Below, in pieces: positions 22,105 to 33,231 of a stretch of 38,390 nt of DNA (its first letter is position 1; every line of letters starts with the position of its first letter). The position numbers were made by a program, and so were the translations under genes. Under the pieces are notes generated by a model. That model saw nothing but the letters and a program-made list of their open reading frames with translations. It was not told the origin of the DNA and made no database searches. Origin of the DNA: Octopus bimaculoides (lineage: Eukaryota); assembly GCF_001194135.2 (NCBI RefSeq), contig NC_068996.1, positions 38,672,566-38,710,955 of the forward strand, written 5' to 3'.

Positions 22105-22712
22105 TATCTACTACCTCTAGCTTACCCCCATGGCAGTTGATGGAGTCTATTTTCGGTACATTTTCAATGTTTATTGTACCTGTGTATCTACCAGACACAA
22201 AAGCTATTTTCCCTGTTAACCTTCCTCTCATATTGCTGCACCTTTTATGTGTCCAAAGCTTACACCAGGTGCATCTTACAGAGTTACTACCTATACCTTT
22301 TCTACAGATTGAGCAGGGCCATCTACCTAAAGGGACTTATGATTTGTCTGTCTTCCTACTTTCTAGGAGTTTGGTTTTTGCTAGGTTAACTCTAAGGCCC
22401 TTCGATTCTAGACCTAGCTTCCATACCTGGAACTTCTTCTGTAGTTTTGATAGTGGCTCAACTATTAGAGCAAGGTCATCAGTATAGAGAAGCTCCCAGG
22501 GGCAACCTGTCTAAAATTCCTCTGTTATTGCCTGGAGGACCATGATGAACAAGAGGGAGCTTGGGGCCATACCTTGGTGAACCCCTACTTGTACCATGAA
22601 TTCTTCACTGTACTCATTGCCAATCTTCACCTTACTGGTAGTGTCTCTGTACATGGCTTGTACAGCTCTCATCGGCCATTTGTCTATCCCTAGTTTCCAC
22701 ATTGACCACCAT
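22105..22712 (-). mobile_element. RTE LINE RT fragment, right of the LTR insertion
   Basis: MWKLGIDKWPMRAVQAMYRDTTSKVKIGNEYSEEFMVQVGVHQG..SSLLFIMVLQAITEEF, followed by a LLY.DDL-type motif. Confidence 0.88.
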
Positions 22713-22800
22713 ATAAGTCCTGGGGTCGATTTGCTCGACTAAAGGTGGTGCTCCAGCATGGCCGCAGTCAAATGACTGAAACAAGTAAAAGTGTAAAAGA
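22713..22800 (+). mobile_element. 5'-truncated SINE family A tail
   Basis: ataagtcctggggtcgatttgctcgactaaagg...gactgaaacaagtaaaag. Confidence 0.85.
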
Positions 22801-22850
22801 GTATTATGTACATTATTTACATTTGACGGATATTTGTCCCCGTTTGTTGT

Positions 22851-22896
22851 TAGCCCGTTTCGGCTGATATACCCTCCAGCCTTCATCAGGTGTCTC
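22851..22896 (-). ncRNA. Minimal hammerhead-ribozyme-like motif HHR-1 in a Penelope-like terminal repeat (host about 22800-22945)
   Basis: Minus strand: GAGACAC-CUGAUGA-A-GGCUG-(GAGGGUAUAU)-CAGCC-GAAAC-GGGCUA. Core is intact and stem II is a perfect 5 bp; no canonical NUH follows GAAAC. Confidence 0.7.
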
Positions 22897-22941
22897 GGGG
22901 AAATGTCAAACCTGGGTTCTCATTCCTAAGGTATTTTTCGA

Positions 22942-22952
22942 TGTTGTTGTTA

Positions 22953-23000
<48 letters not shown>
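22942..23000. repeat. (TTG)/(TTA)n microsatellite
   Basis: Direct inspection. Confidence 0.95.
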
Positions 23001-23003
<3 letters not shown>

Positions 23004-23132
23004 GCCTAGTGGCTGTAGCGAAAGAGGTGATATGGTGGACCCGTTTGAAAGGGTTAAAGACAGACACTTTCCTCTTTGGCCAAGGCCTCATCAACTTTTT
23101 CAAGTTCCACTTGAAAAGGAAGATGAGAGTAG
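23001..23132 (-). mobile_element. Possible 3' end of a (TAA)n-tailed non-LTR element
   Basis: GC-richer segment ending at a (TAA)n run on the minus strand, cut off by the gap. Family not identifiable. Confidence 0.3.
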
Positions 23133-23628
23133 NNNNNNNNNNNNNNNNNNNNNNNNNNNNNNNNNNNNNNNNNNNNNNNNNNNNNNNNNNNNNNNNNNNN
23201 NNNNNNNNNNNNNNNNNNNNNNNNNNNNNNNNNNNNNNNNNNNNNNNNNNNNNNNNNNNNNNNNNNNNNNNNNNNNNNNNNNNNNNNNNNNNNNNNNNNN
23301 NNNNNNNNNNNNNNNNNNNNNNNNNNNNNNNNNNNNNNNNNNNNNNNNNNNNNNNNNNNNNNNNNNNNNNNNNNNNNNNNNNNNNNNNNNNNNNNNNNNN
23401 NNNNNNNNNNNNNNNNNNNNNNNNNNNNNNNNNNNNNNNNNNNNNNNNNNNNNNNNNNNNNNNNNNNNNNNNNNNNNNNNNNNNNNNNNNNNNNNNNNNN
23501 NNNNNNNNNNNNNNNNNNNNNNNNNNNNNNNNNNNNNNNNNNNNNNNNNNNNNNNNNNNNNNNNNNNNNNNNNNNNNNNNNNNNNNNNNNNNNNNNNNNN
23601 NNNNNNNNNNNNNNNNNNNNNNNNNNNN
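23133..23628. other. Assembly gap (496 N)
   Basis: N run. Confidence 1.

Positions 23629-23690
<62 letters not shown>
23629..23690. repeat. (TG)n microsatellite
   Basis: Direct inspection. Confidence 0.95.
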
Positions 23691-23694
<4 letters not shown>

Positions 23695-23965
23695 CTATTT
23701 TTTTAATCAATCATCAAGTCTACTCTAGAACTGGAATTAATAAAATAAGGTGTCTGTACTTGCATATAATACTCCTAAGAAAATTTTTTCTTAAGTACAT
23801 ATCTTCATTTCACATAAACCCATCTACCTATAAGTGCACCATACAATTGATTTAAAGTTAAATAGCTTAAACATGATTATCAAAACCACCACCTGCGAAT
23901 TTAGAATTCTATCTCTGGTATGTGCAAACTTCATCAATCCACCTAAATCTTATCCACCATGCATT

Positions 23966-24113
23966 AATTCTTCTTGTTCTTGTTCTTGTTATTGTTCTTG
24001 TTCTTCTTGTTCTTCTTTTTCTTCTTCTTGTTCTTCTTTTTCTTCTTCTTCTTGTTCTTGTTCTTCTTCTTCTTCTTCTTCTTCTTGTTCTTCTACACCA
24101 CCACCACCACCAC
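23966..24113. repeat. Compound (TTC/TTG)n + (CCA)n triplet microsatellite
   Basis: Direct inspection. Confidence 0.95.
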
Positions 24114-24232
24114 TTCTTGGTTATCACAACTGTAGTAGCATTAAATTAAAATCACTATCTGCATATCGCACTTAAGAGTAAATACATCATTGAAAGGTAT
24201 TATAGTGCTATGCTTTTTGTCTGAGAGAAAAT

Positions 24233-24648
24233 AGGCATGGCTGTGTGGCAAGAAGCTTGCTTCCCAACCACATAGTTCCAGGTTCTGCCCCACTGCATGG
24301 CACCTTCGGCAAGTGTCTTCTGCTACAGCCTCAGGCAGACCCAAAACCTTGTGAGTGGATTTGGTAGACAGAAAATGAAAGAAGTCCTTCATGTGTATAT
24401 ATGTGTGTGTGTGTGTGTGTGTGCATTTATGAGTGCATGTGTGTATTTGTGTTTGTCTACCACCACAGTTTGACAACCAGTGTTGGTGTGTTTACATCCC
24501 CATAACTTAGCAACTCAGCAAAAGAAATTGATAAGATAAGTATCAGGCTTTAAAAAACAATAATTTCCAGGGTTGATTTATTTGACTAAAACCCTTCAAG
24601 TTGGTACCCTAGCATGGCCACAAGCTAGTGACTGAAACAAGTAAAAAA
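24233..24648 (+). mobile_element. SINE family A, diverged full-length copy
   Basis: Head, CORE-like box, TG microsatellite and tail align to 12119-12507. Confidence 0.85.
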
Positions 24649-24871
24649 CAAAAGATATCTGAACAAAGTGAACATCATTGCAGCAGTGGTTCACAAGTAC
24701 ATGACATGTTTCATCCATCTTCAGGGATTTTGTCAAAGCCATGCACTCATTTGTCACTGATGTTATTTTGTAATGTGTTTCTAAAACATGTCTATGCATA
24801 GATTTTGCCTCAGATCCCAAAAGCCTAAACAACATACAGTCATGTCTTTCAATGATGTATATAAATTTAAT

Positions 24872-24982
24872 ATCATCATCATCATCATCATCATCGTTTA
24901 ACGTCCGCTTTCCATGCTAGCATGGGTTGGACGATTTGACTGAGGACTGGTGAAACCGGATGGCAACACCAGGCTCCAATCT
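24872..24982 (-). mobile_element. Short RTE 3' end (family B) with (CAT)n tail
   Basis: Near-identical to the 3' part of the 25585 copy. Confidence 0.88.
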
Positions 24983-25584
24983 AATATGATACACAGATAC
25001 CAATTTTGATTTAATGGTGTGTCAGTTGCAATTACTAAGTTCTTTACAGCCTGACAAGTGTTCTGCAATACTAGTGAATACGTTATTCATTGTTTCTTAT
25101 ATATCAAATCATGAGTTTCATCTTAGCAGGCAGCAAATGTTTTGCATGGCACTGACAAACTCAAACTAGGGGGAAATGTGCCTGCTGTTCCTGTTAGTCA
25201 TTGATGCAATGATGTTTATCTCATTCCAGTAAATGTCTGTTTTTAATACACCATGTCAATGAAGAGATTTTTCTCTCAGACAAAGACCATGGTATATATG
25301 CATTTAATATGATACACAAATGGTGATTTTTAATTCAATGCTATTTCAATTGTAATTACTGAATATACAGGGTGAATCAAAAGTAATGCACAGAATAAGT
25401 TCAATATGCTCCAGAATTGTCAAAGACATCCTTCAATTTTTTCTAAAATTGAATGAAATAAATCAAATAATGATGACTACACATGTACATGTACATGATG
25501 AACAAAGCAAATTAAAAATATAAATAAAATGCCAAATGTTTTGGTGCATGGTTTTAGGCCCACTGTTTACTTTGTTTTATATAT

Positions 25585-25944
25585 ATCATCATCATCATCA
25601 TCGTCGTCGTCGTTTAACGTCCGCTTTCCATGCTAGCATGGGTTGGACGATTTGACTGAGGACTGGTGAAACCAGATGGCTACACCAGGCTCCAATCTGA
25701 TTTGGCAGAGTTTCTACAGCTGGATGCCCTTCCTAATGCCAACCACTCAGAGAGTGTAGTGGGTGCTTTTACATGCACGAAGGCCAGTTAGGTAGTACTG
25801 GCAACGGCCACGCTCAAAATGGTGTATTTTATGTGCCACCCGCACAAGAGCCAGTCCAGGGGCACTGGCAACGATCTCGCTCAAAAGTCCTTACACATGC
25901 CGCGGGCACAAGTGCCAGAAAGGCGACGCTGGGCACAGGTGCCA
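25585..25944 (-). mobile_element. RTE 3' end (family B)
   Basis: (CAT)n(CGT)n tail plus about 330 bp aligning to 37440-37716. Confidence 0.9.
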
Positions 25945-25964
25945 TCTATATATATATATACACA

Positions 25965-26220
25965 CACACATCAAAGGGTCAAAGGTCCTTCCTGAGCCAT
26001 ACGCTCATAAGGCTGATATCCTGGATTCTGCGGCACGTATGTTGCTCCCCTGGATGGGATGCCAGTTTGTCACAGGATTACTCACTTTTGCCAGCTGAGT
26101 GAACTGGAGTAATGTAAAATGAAGTGTTTTGCTCTAAAGCACAACACATTGCCTGGTCCAGGAATCAAAACCACAATCTTATGATTGAGCAACACCATAT
26201 CCACTAAACTAAGTACTTCC
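25965..26220 (-). mobile_element. tRNA-derived SINE, further family
   Basis: Minus strand has a tRNA-like head, a gagcaaaacacttcattt CORE-like box and an actggcatcccatccagggg tail motif. Confidence 0.55.
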
Positions 26221-26280
26221 ATGTATACATACATACACACAACCACATACATATAAACACACTCTCACATACATACATGA

Positions 26281-27818
26281 CAGCCATCCATTCGTGACCA
26301 AGAAAGACCATTGCTGATCTTCAGGAACATTATGTACTCTCGGACTAACTTATATTTTGCATTTGTTGCTCCATTGGTGGCTAATGAGCCTTGCTCTTGA
26401 CAAGCATACACGACTGCAAACATTGCAAACCAAGCTTTCCCCATTCACTACACCAGCAGTGCACTTTTGAGCAGCACACTTAAGTTCTTCATGCAGAATA
26501 TGTGCTCTCTCAGTGGTATCAATCTCCTCCTTTACCTGCTTCCGCCATCTGCGGCGATGACAGGCATTGCTCTCCCAGTTGGTCTCCTGCATATCACAGG
26601 CCCTTAATGAGGACTTAACACAGTCCTTAAAATGGTTTCTGCCGGGGTCTCTTTCCATTAACAAGTTCCCCATATAGCATCTATTTAGGGATCCTTCATT
26701 CTAATAAGGTGTCCAGTCCAACGTAACCGGTGCTTGTGCACCATCACCTCAATGCTCAAGATATCAGCTATTCTTAGAACCTGTGTGTCTAGAGTTTTAA
26801 GGCCCAGCAAACATCCAGAATGTGTCTTAGACATCTCTGACAAAAACGTTCAAGGACCCTTACATGATGTTTGTAAAGGGTCCATGTCCCTTTACAAAAG
26901 CACCATGTAAAGGAGCAATGTCAGAACACATGCACAGTACAGCAATTTTTGTTTGCTTTGTGATGCCATGCTGGGACCAGACACGAGACTCAGGAGACCA
27001 GAAGGAATCAGTTGCTCTCTGCAGCCTGAAAGATATTTCATCATTCAGGGAGCAAGAATGGCTGAGTGTGCTGCCCAGGTAAACAAACTTGTCTACCACT
27101 TTCAGAATTGTTCCTCCAACCAAGATAGCTGGTTCCATATATGGATTTCCTGATGAAGGCTGGAACATTACAACAGTCTTGTCCAGGCTAACGGTGAGTC
27201 CAAATGCCTTACAAGAAGCAGAAATATGATTCATAAGTATTTGCATGTCATCCACTGTATGAGTGACTAAGTTACAGTCATCTGCATAAAGGAGGTAATG
27301 AATAAAAGACTGGAAAACTTTTGAATTGACAGCAAATCGGCACTGATTAAAGAGTCGGCCAGAAGATTGATACCTAACATATATTCCCAGAGAGCTAACC
27401 TTAGCAAAACAATGAGTAAAAGCAGCTGCAAAGTACAAAGAAAAGAGAGTTTGGACAAGAATGTCACCCTGCTTGACACAATTCTCTACAGGAATGGGTC
27501 CCACCATGCCACCACCAACATTGACCCAAACCTCCATCCTATCATGAAATGATTTAATTATAGATACAAAGTGATCCGGACATCCAAGTTTGCCAAGTAT
27601 TTTCCATAGTAAGGCCCTATTCACAGTAACAAAAGCCTTTGTTAAATCAATGAATATCTGGACAAGTTCCATATTCTGCTCATAGCACTTCTTCGGCATC
27701 TGTATTGCTGGGAAAATCATATCTATTGTCTCTCTACCAGATCAGAAGTCACATTGAAATTCAGATAGGACATAATTTATGAGACACCCATTCAGATGGG
27801 TAAGAAGAATATTTGCCA
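26281..27818 (-). mobile_element. RTE/BovB-like LINE, RT domain through C-terminal zinc-finger-like motif, decayed
   Basis: 286-aa ORF with IFIDLTKAF, LWKILGKLGCP, VKQGDIL, LLYADDC, KFVYLGSTLS; downstream CNVCSRVCLSRARLISH; frameshifts and internal deletion. Confidence 0.92.
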
Positions 27819-28345
27819 TTTTTACAAACATACATTCATATATACATACACACATTCATACATACATACTTATATGTACATACACACCCAAGAACTGCTG
27901 ATACCTTGGGTTCTATACTACTAAGAGTAACAAAAGAACTTACTATGATACAACATTCAAACTTGGAGTAACTAAATTCAAAACATCAAGTGATCAATGA
28001 TTCAAAGTCACCAAGTCTGGACTTCATCAGGGCATTTGAAGAGAGAGCATTCTCCTCATTGGAGCCAGAATCTCTCAACCCTTCTACCTGTCCAACAATG
28101 TCTACTTTCTTACCTTCTCCATTACCATCCTCTCATAACAATAAATCAGTTCATCCTATCATACTTAACCTTCTTTCAGCACCTCTGTCTCTCTCTCCCC
28201 TATTTTCTTTCAATTTTAGGGGTTCTTTAGAATTGCAAATTACAAAATGACCTTATGGCAAAAGCACCAAGACTGTATCGTTGACCTTTTGGAGAAACTG
28301 TATTAACTGAGTAGAGAGGACTTTTCAATATTACTGTGGGACAAT

Positions 28346-28540
28346 GAGGTGGTGAGTTGGCAGAAATATTTGCAGCATTTTGACTGTGTTTATGTTCTGA
28401 GTTCAAAATCTGCCGAGGTCGATTTTGCCTTTCATCCTTTAAGGGTTGATAATATAAAATACCAGTTGAGGACTGGGGTTGATGTGATCGACTTAGCCCT
28501 TCTCCTGAACTTGTTGACCTGGTACCAAAGTTTGAAACCA
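28346..28540 (+). mobile_element. SINE family C
   Basis: ggtgagttggcagaa..gagttcaaaatctgccgaggtcgattttgcctttcatcc..ctggggttgatgtgatcgactta. Confidence 0.8.
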
Positions 28541-28753
28541 GCATTACCAGGATGCAAGACAAGCTTTATAATGCTTGCAAAACCAAAAAGAAAAAATGTA
28601 CCCAGTACACACTATTAAGTCATTGGCATCAGGAAGGGCATCAAGACAGAAATTATACTAAAGCTGAAACACTGGAGTATGATGCAGTACTCAATATTGT
28701 TGAAGTATTGAAGTATTTAGAATGGAAAGCGAATAGAAAACAATATTGATGGT

Positions 28754-28818
<65 letters not shown>

Positions 28819-28824
28819 GTGTGT
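28754..28824. repeat. (TG)n microsatellite
   Basis: Direct inspection. Confidence 0.95.
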
Positions 28825-28924
28825 AATATTCAAAAATATATATAAACTTATATATACATGTGTATGTTGATTGTTGATCTAGTTTCAGTTCACGAGCTGT
28901 GGCCATGCTGGGGCACCGCCAACT

Positions 28925-29745
28925 GGTGTTGCTACATAATTTTACTTCACAAATGGTTTTTGGGAACAAACATTTAGTGCATGGGGAGTTTGATGCCGCT
29001 GCCCTCATCTGCACCTCCTGGTGTGAAATTGACTCATCTGGGACACCTGACAGGAAGAGGTCCAGCTTTATTTTGAAGACACCTACATCCACTCCATGCA
29101 GATCTCTCAGGTCCTTCAGGAGGATATTGAAGAGCTGTTGTCCTCTGAAGCCCAGGCTATTGCAGTATCTTGTCCTACATCTTCATCGCAAATTTGGAGT
29201 CCTTGGCACTATGCAGTGGTGCCCATTTCTAGTATTGGTGTAACTCTTGATGCTAAAGTTTGGAACAATTCCTTCGAGGATCTTCCAGATGTATAGTATG
29301 GCATATCTTTCTCGCCTATGCTCTAAGGAATAGAGTCTTAATCTCTTGAGTCTTTCCCAATAGCTTATATGCTGCATAGAGGCTATCTTCTTCATGTAGC
29401 TTCATTGGATTGCCTCAAGTTCTGAGATTAATTTGACACTGGTTAGTGACCATAGCTGAAAGCAATAGTCAAAGTGGTTTAGGACAAGTGTCCTTCAGAG
29501 GATCAACATGGTTTCCTGATCTCTTGTTATAAAAATCCATCCAGCCTTCATTTCATTGCCAATTTAGCAACATGCACACGGAAGGATGCCCTGGTCTTGC
29601 ACTGTCTCTGCCTCTGGGATTGCGATCCCTCCAGGTCCAGTATATTTAATGGGTACTGCATTTAGTTTTGCATGCTGATAGTACAAGGCTTGAAACTTTT
29701 CAGCTCTTTTCAAGTGTTGGGCCTCATGGTGGCAGTGACCGAGAC
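28925..29745 (-). mobile_element. CR1-like LINE 3' fragment (a short SINE A tail remnant lies just left at 28880-28921)
   Basis: SYWERLKRLRLYSLEHRRERYAILYIWKILEG and FKIKLDLFLSGVPDE, typical CR1 RT C-terminal motifs. Confidence 0.88.
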
Positions 29746-29764
29746 CTTTGCCATTATGATATAT

Positions 29765-29817
<53 letters not shown>

Positions 29818-30185
29818 TACATACATACATATATATATATATACTAATAGATAGATAGATAGATGGATAGATATTTCACTTAGACATTGCAAGACCAACA
29901 ACCCAATGTAGAACTCAATACGATTATGTTTCAGAACAAAGTGTCAGATGAGTTTAAGTTCATAAGAAGTTCAGGAGATAATCACTGTAAGTTCATAAGT
30001 TCATCGTTATAAGTTCATATGAAGTTCATAAGATAATCATTTATTCCTTCGTCATCTCTCTCTTTCTTATACATGTATATGCGCGTGTGTGTGTGTATAC
30101 ACACACACATCTATATTATATATGTGAGTGTACATGTATATATATAAATTTACATATTTATATGTGTGTGGATATGTATTATATA

Positions 30186-30276
<91 letters not shown>

Positions 30277-30278
<2 letters not shown>

Positions 30279-30670
30279 CCACAGGAGTGGTTGTGTGGTA
30301 AGTAGCTTGCTTAACAACCACATGGTTCCGGGTTCAGTCCCACTGCGTAGCACTTTGGGCAAGTGTCTTCTTCTATAGCCTCGGGCAGACCCAAAGCATT
30401 GTGAGTGGATTTGGTAGACGGAAACTGAAAGAAGACCATCGTATATATATATATGTATATGCGTGCTTGTGTGTCTGTGTTTGTCCCGCCCAACATCGCT
30501 TGACAACCGATGCTGGTGTGTCTACATCCCCGTAACTTAGAGGTTCAGCAAAACAGACCGATAGAATAAGTACTAGGCTTACAAAGAATAATTCTTGGGG
30601 TCGATTTGCTCAACTAAAGGCGGTGCTCCAGCATGGCCACAGTCAAATGACTGAAACAAGTGAAAGAGAA
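30277..30670 (+). mobile_element. Full-length SINE family A preceded by (TA)n
   Basis: Aligns end to end with 12119-12507. Confidence 0.92.
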
Positions 30671-30681
30671 TATATATATGT

Positions 30682-30896
30682 GAAGGCACATGTCTTAGAG
30701 GTCAGGATATTTGGCTTACAATTGTAAGGTTCTGAGTTCAATTCCCAGTGACATGTTGTGTCCTTGAGCAAGACACTTTATTTCATGTTAAAGATACATT
30801 TCTTTGTGGAGTGCTCAGCCATTTGCACATGTTCTGTTGATCAGATCCACTGGAACCCTTGTCATCATAAGCGATGGAATGATACATGTGTGTGCG

Positions 30897-30970
<74 letters not shown>

Positions 30971-31260
30971 ATGGTTCAGTTGTTGGAGCGTTCAGCTCAC
31001 AGTCTATGAGGTAGTGAGTTTGATTCCTGGAACAGGCTCTGGGTTGTGTTCTTGAGCAAGACACTTTAGTTCATGTTGCAACATCACTGATGCTAAGCTG
31101 TATTAGCCTTTGCCTCTCCCTTGGATAACATCAGTGTGTGGAGAGGAGAAGTTGGTATGTATGGGCAACTGCTAGTCTTTCATAAACAACTTTGCCCAGA
31201 CTTGGTCATCGGAGAGGAATTTTTTAGGTGCATCCCATGGTCATTCATGACCAAATGGGG
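30682..31260 (+). mobile_element. Two degenerate tRNA/CORE-like SINEs (about 30682-30880 and 30968-31260) separated by (TG)n
   Basis: Both carry a B-box-like g(a/g)tt(c/t)(a/g)attcc and tgtg(c/t)tccttgagcaagacacttta. Confidence 0.65.
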
Positions 31261-31494
31261 TCTTTACCCTTTACCCTTTTACACACATAAACTTATATAT
31301 ATATATGCATATACACACAAACATACTTACATTTGGATATATATCTATACACAGCTTTTGACTTTTTATCCAAAGGGTTTTTTAACATGCAGTTTTTTAT
31401 AGCTTTATCTACTTCATGATCTACCATTCTAAAAAGAATTATTTCATGTTTTCTCAAAAGTTTCTAAATTCTTGTGATGTCAATGATATCTATA

Positions 31495-32870
31495 TCATCA
31501 TCATCCACCATTCAACATCCCTTTTTTCCATGCTGGCATGGGTCAGGCAGTTTGATAGGAGCTAGCAAGTCAGAAGACTGTGCCAAGCTCTATCAGCTTT
31601 GGCATCGTTCCTAATGCCAACCACTTTACTGAGTGGGTTGGGTGCTTTTTATGTGGCACCAGCACCAGTGAGGTCACCAAATAACTTACAAGACAAAACC
31701 CCTCAAATGAGTGAGGAGTAGTGTTGAGGGAAGTAGCCTTGTGCCTGGTGATGAGACGGTAGAGTATGAATAGATGGACAGAAGCAGGTGTCTTGCAGTA
31801 AAGGAGATACATGGTTACCTCAATAGGAAAGAGAGAGGAGAGAGAGGGCAGAAAAGGTGAAGATGTGATGGTGGGGGTACACCTAAGTTACAGGGTGGTG
31901 TATTTAAGCGAAGAGGAATCAAGATTTGGATAGGATCAGTGTGAGGGGTTGTGAAAGGAGAGTGAAAGGTGAAGAGGGCACAAATAAAAGTAAGGGGTGT
32001 TAGGAGGGTATATTGTGGGAAAAAGATCAACAGGGACACATTGTATGCAAGCTGGTTCATGAAGGTGCAAAGGAAAGGTGGGTGATAGAGGGGAAGGGAA
32101 TGCAGTCAGTGTTGAATTCATGTGGGGGATGGGGGCAGTGTTAGTAATATGGTTAGTGGTCAGGAGAGGTTTATCAGGGACAAATTTTGTGTAAGTGCAT
32201 GAACATTTACTATATGACTTTATGATCTTGATTTTAGCTGGATGAATTTTTTCAAGCTCTGCAAATTGCCAATCATCTACTCTAAACATCTGAAGATAAC
32301 TTTTCACTATTGTGTCCCACATCTCCTTGAGCCATCCTCTTCTACAGGTTCCCTCCACAATTAGAGCTCAGCTCTTCTTTATACAGCTGTCTTCATCCAT
32401 ACTTGTCACCTGACCATATCAGCACTACATCTGATGCCTCTAATGCCCAATTTTTCTCTCAACACATTTATACTTTGTGTACATGCACACTGGTAATGCA
32501 CATCCATCAGAGTATGCTGACTTCTTTTCTTTCAAGCCTTTGCAGTACAACCCATGTTTCACAGCTATCCATACACAGTAATCAAACAATTTACCTTTCA
32601 CTCTGAAGGAGAGGCCTTTTGTTACCAACAAAGTTAACAGCTTTCTGAGCTTTGCCCAGCTAGTTCTAATTCTAAAAAGTATGTTTTCAGAGCATTTTCC
32701 ACTTCTAATTTGATCATTTAGGTAACAGATCACTCCTGAGTATTTGAGAAAATCTATTTCCCATTTGTTCTTAGTGTTTATAATTCTTATACAACTGCTA
32801 CACACAAACTATTTTCTCTGTTAACCTTCCTATGATTCCACTGCACCTCTTATGTGTCCATAGCTTGCAT
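31495..32870 (-). mobile_element. Decayed RTE LINE 3' end (RT C-terminus, 3'UTR, CAT tail)
   Basis: RIRTSWAKLRKLLTLLVTKGLSFRVKGKLFDYCV; degenerate family B tail at 31495-31700. Confidence 0.8.
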
Positions 32871-33064
32871 CCTAACCATTAAGCCATGCTTCTTCAATAT
32901 GTGTGTGTATGAAGTGCTTAGTCTTTATATACAGCAGTCATCATCGACATACATTACATGCCCGTACCAGCACAGCCTCGTCTCTTTCGGACAACCTCTA
33001 ATTTGTCTTATAGCAAGTTTTTCTCCCACACATATGTATACACACTTTTTCCCCCCTCTTAATC

Positions 33065-33100
33065 CTTTCTATCGAAGAGTGTGGGCTCGAAACGTTGAAG
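33065..33100 (+). ncRNA. Degenerate minimal hammerhead-like motif HHR-2 in a Penelope-like terminal repeat (host about 32960-33195)
   Basis: CUUU-CUAUCGA-A-GAGU-(GUGG)-GCUC-GAAAC-GUU-GAAG. Stem I CUUU/GAAG, stem II 4 bp, ACGU palindrome, GUU triplet; two core substitutions. Confidence 0.5.
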
Positions 33101-33231
33101 ACTTTTCCATTCTCCCCGAGTGTTAAACTAATACACCTGCTTGTTGTTCCTTCACCTGCCTTTGTCTTTTGTTTTCTGTAAATTTGAACTATATACATGT
33201 ATATATGTATACATACAATACAACTAAACCA

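Noticed and set aside
18139-23728. Long ORFs of 110-240 aa in the track
   Set aside because: They are open only because they run through N gaps.
23834-24175. Ser/Cys-rich and poly-Arg ORFs
   Set aside because: Produced by the (TTC/TTG)n(CCA)n microsatellite; no splice or domain support.
27150-27185. CTGATGA-A-GGCTG...CAGTC on the plus strand, sharing 15 nt with HHR-1 and able to form a stem II
   Set aside because: No GAAA follows the stem, and the sequence is explained by RT codons (MFQPSSG) on the minus strand.
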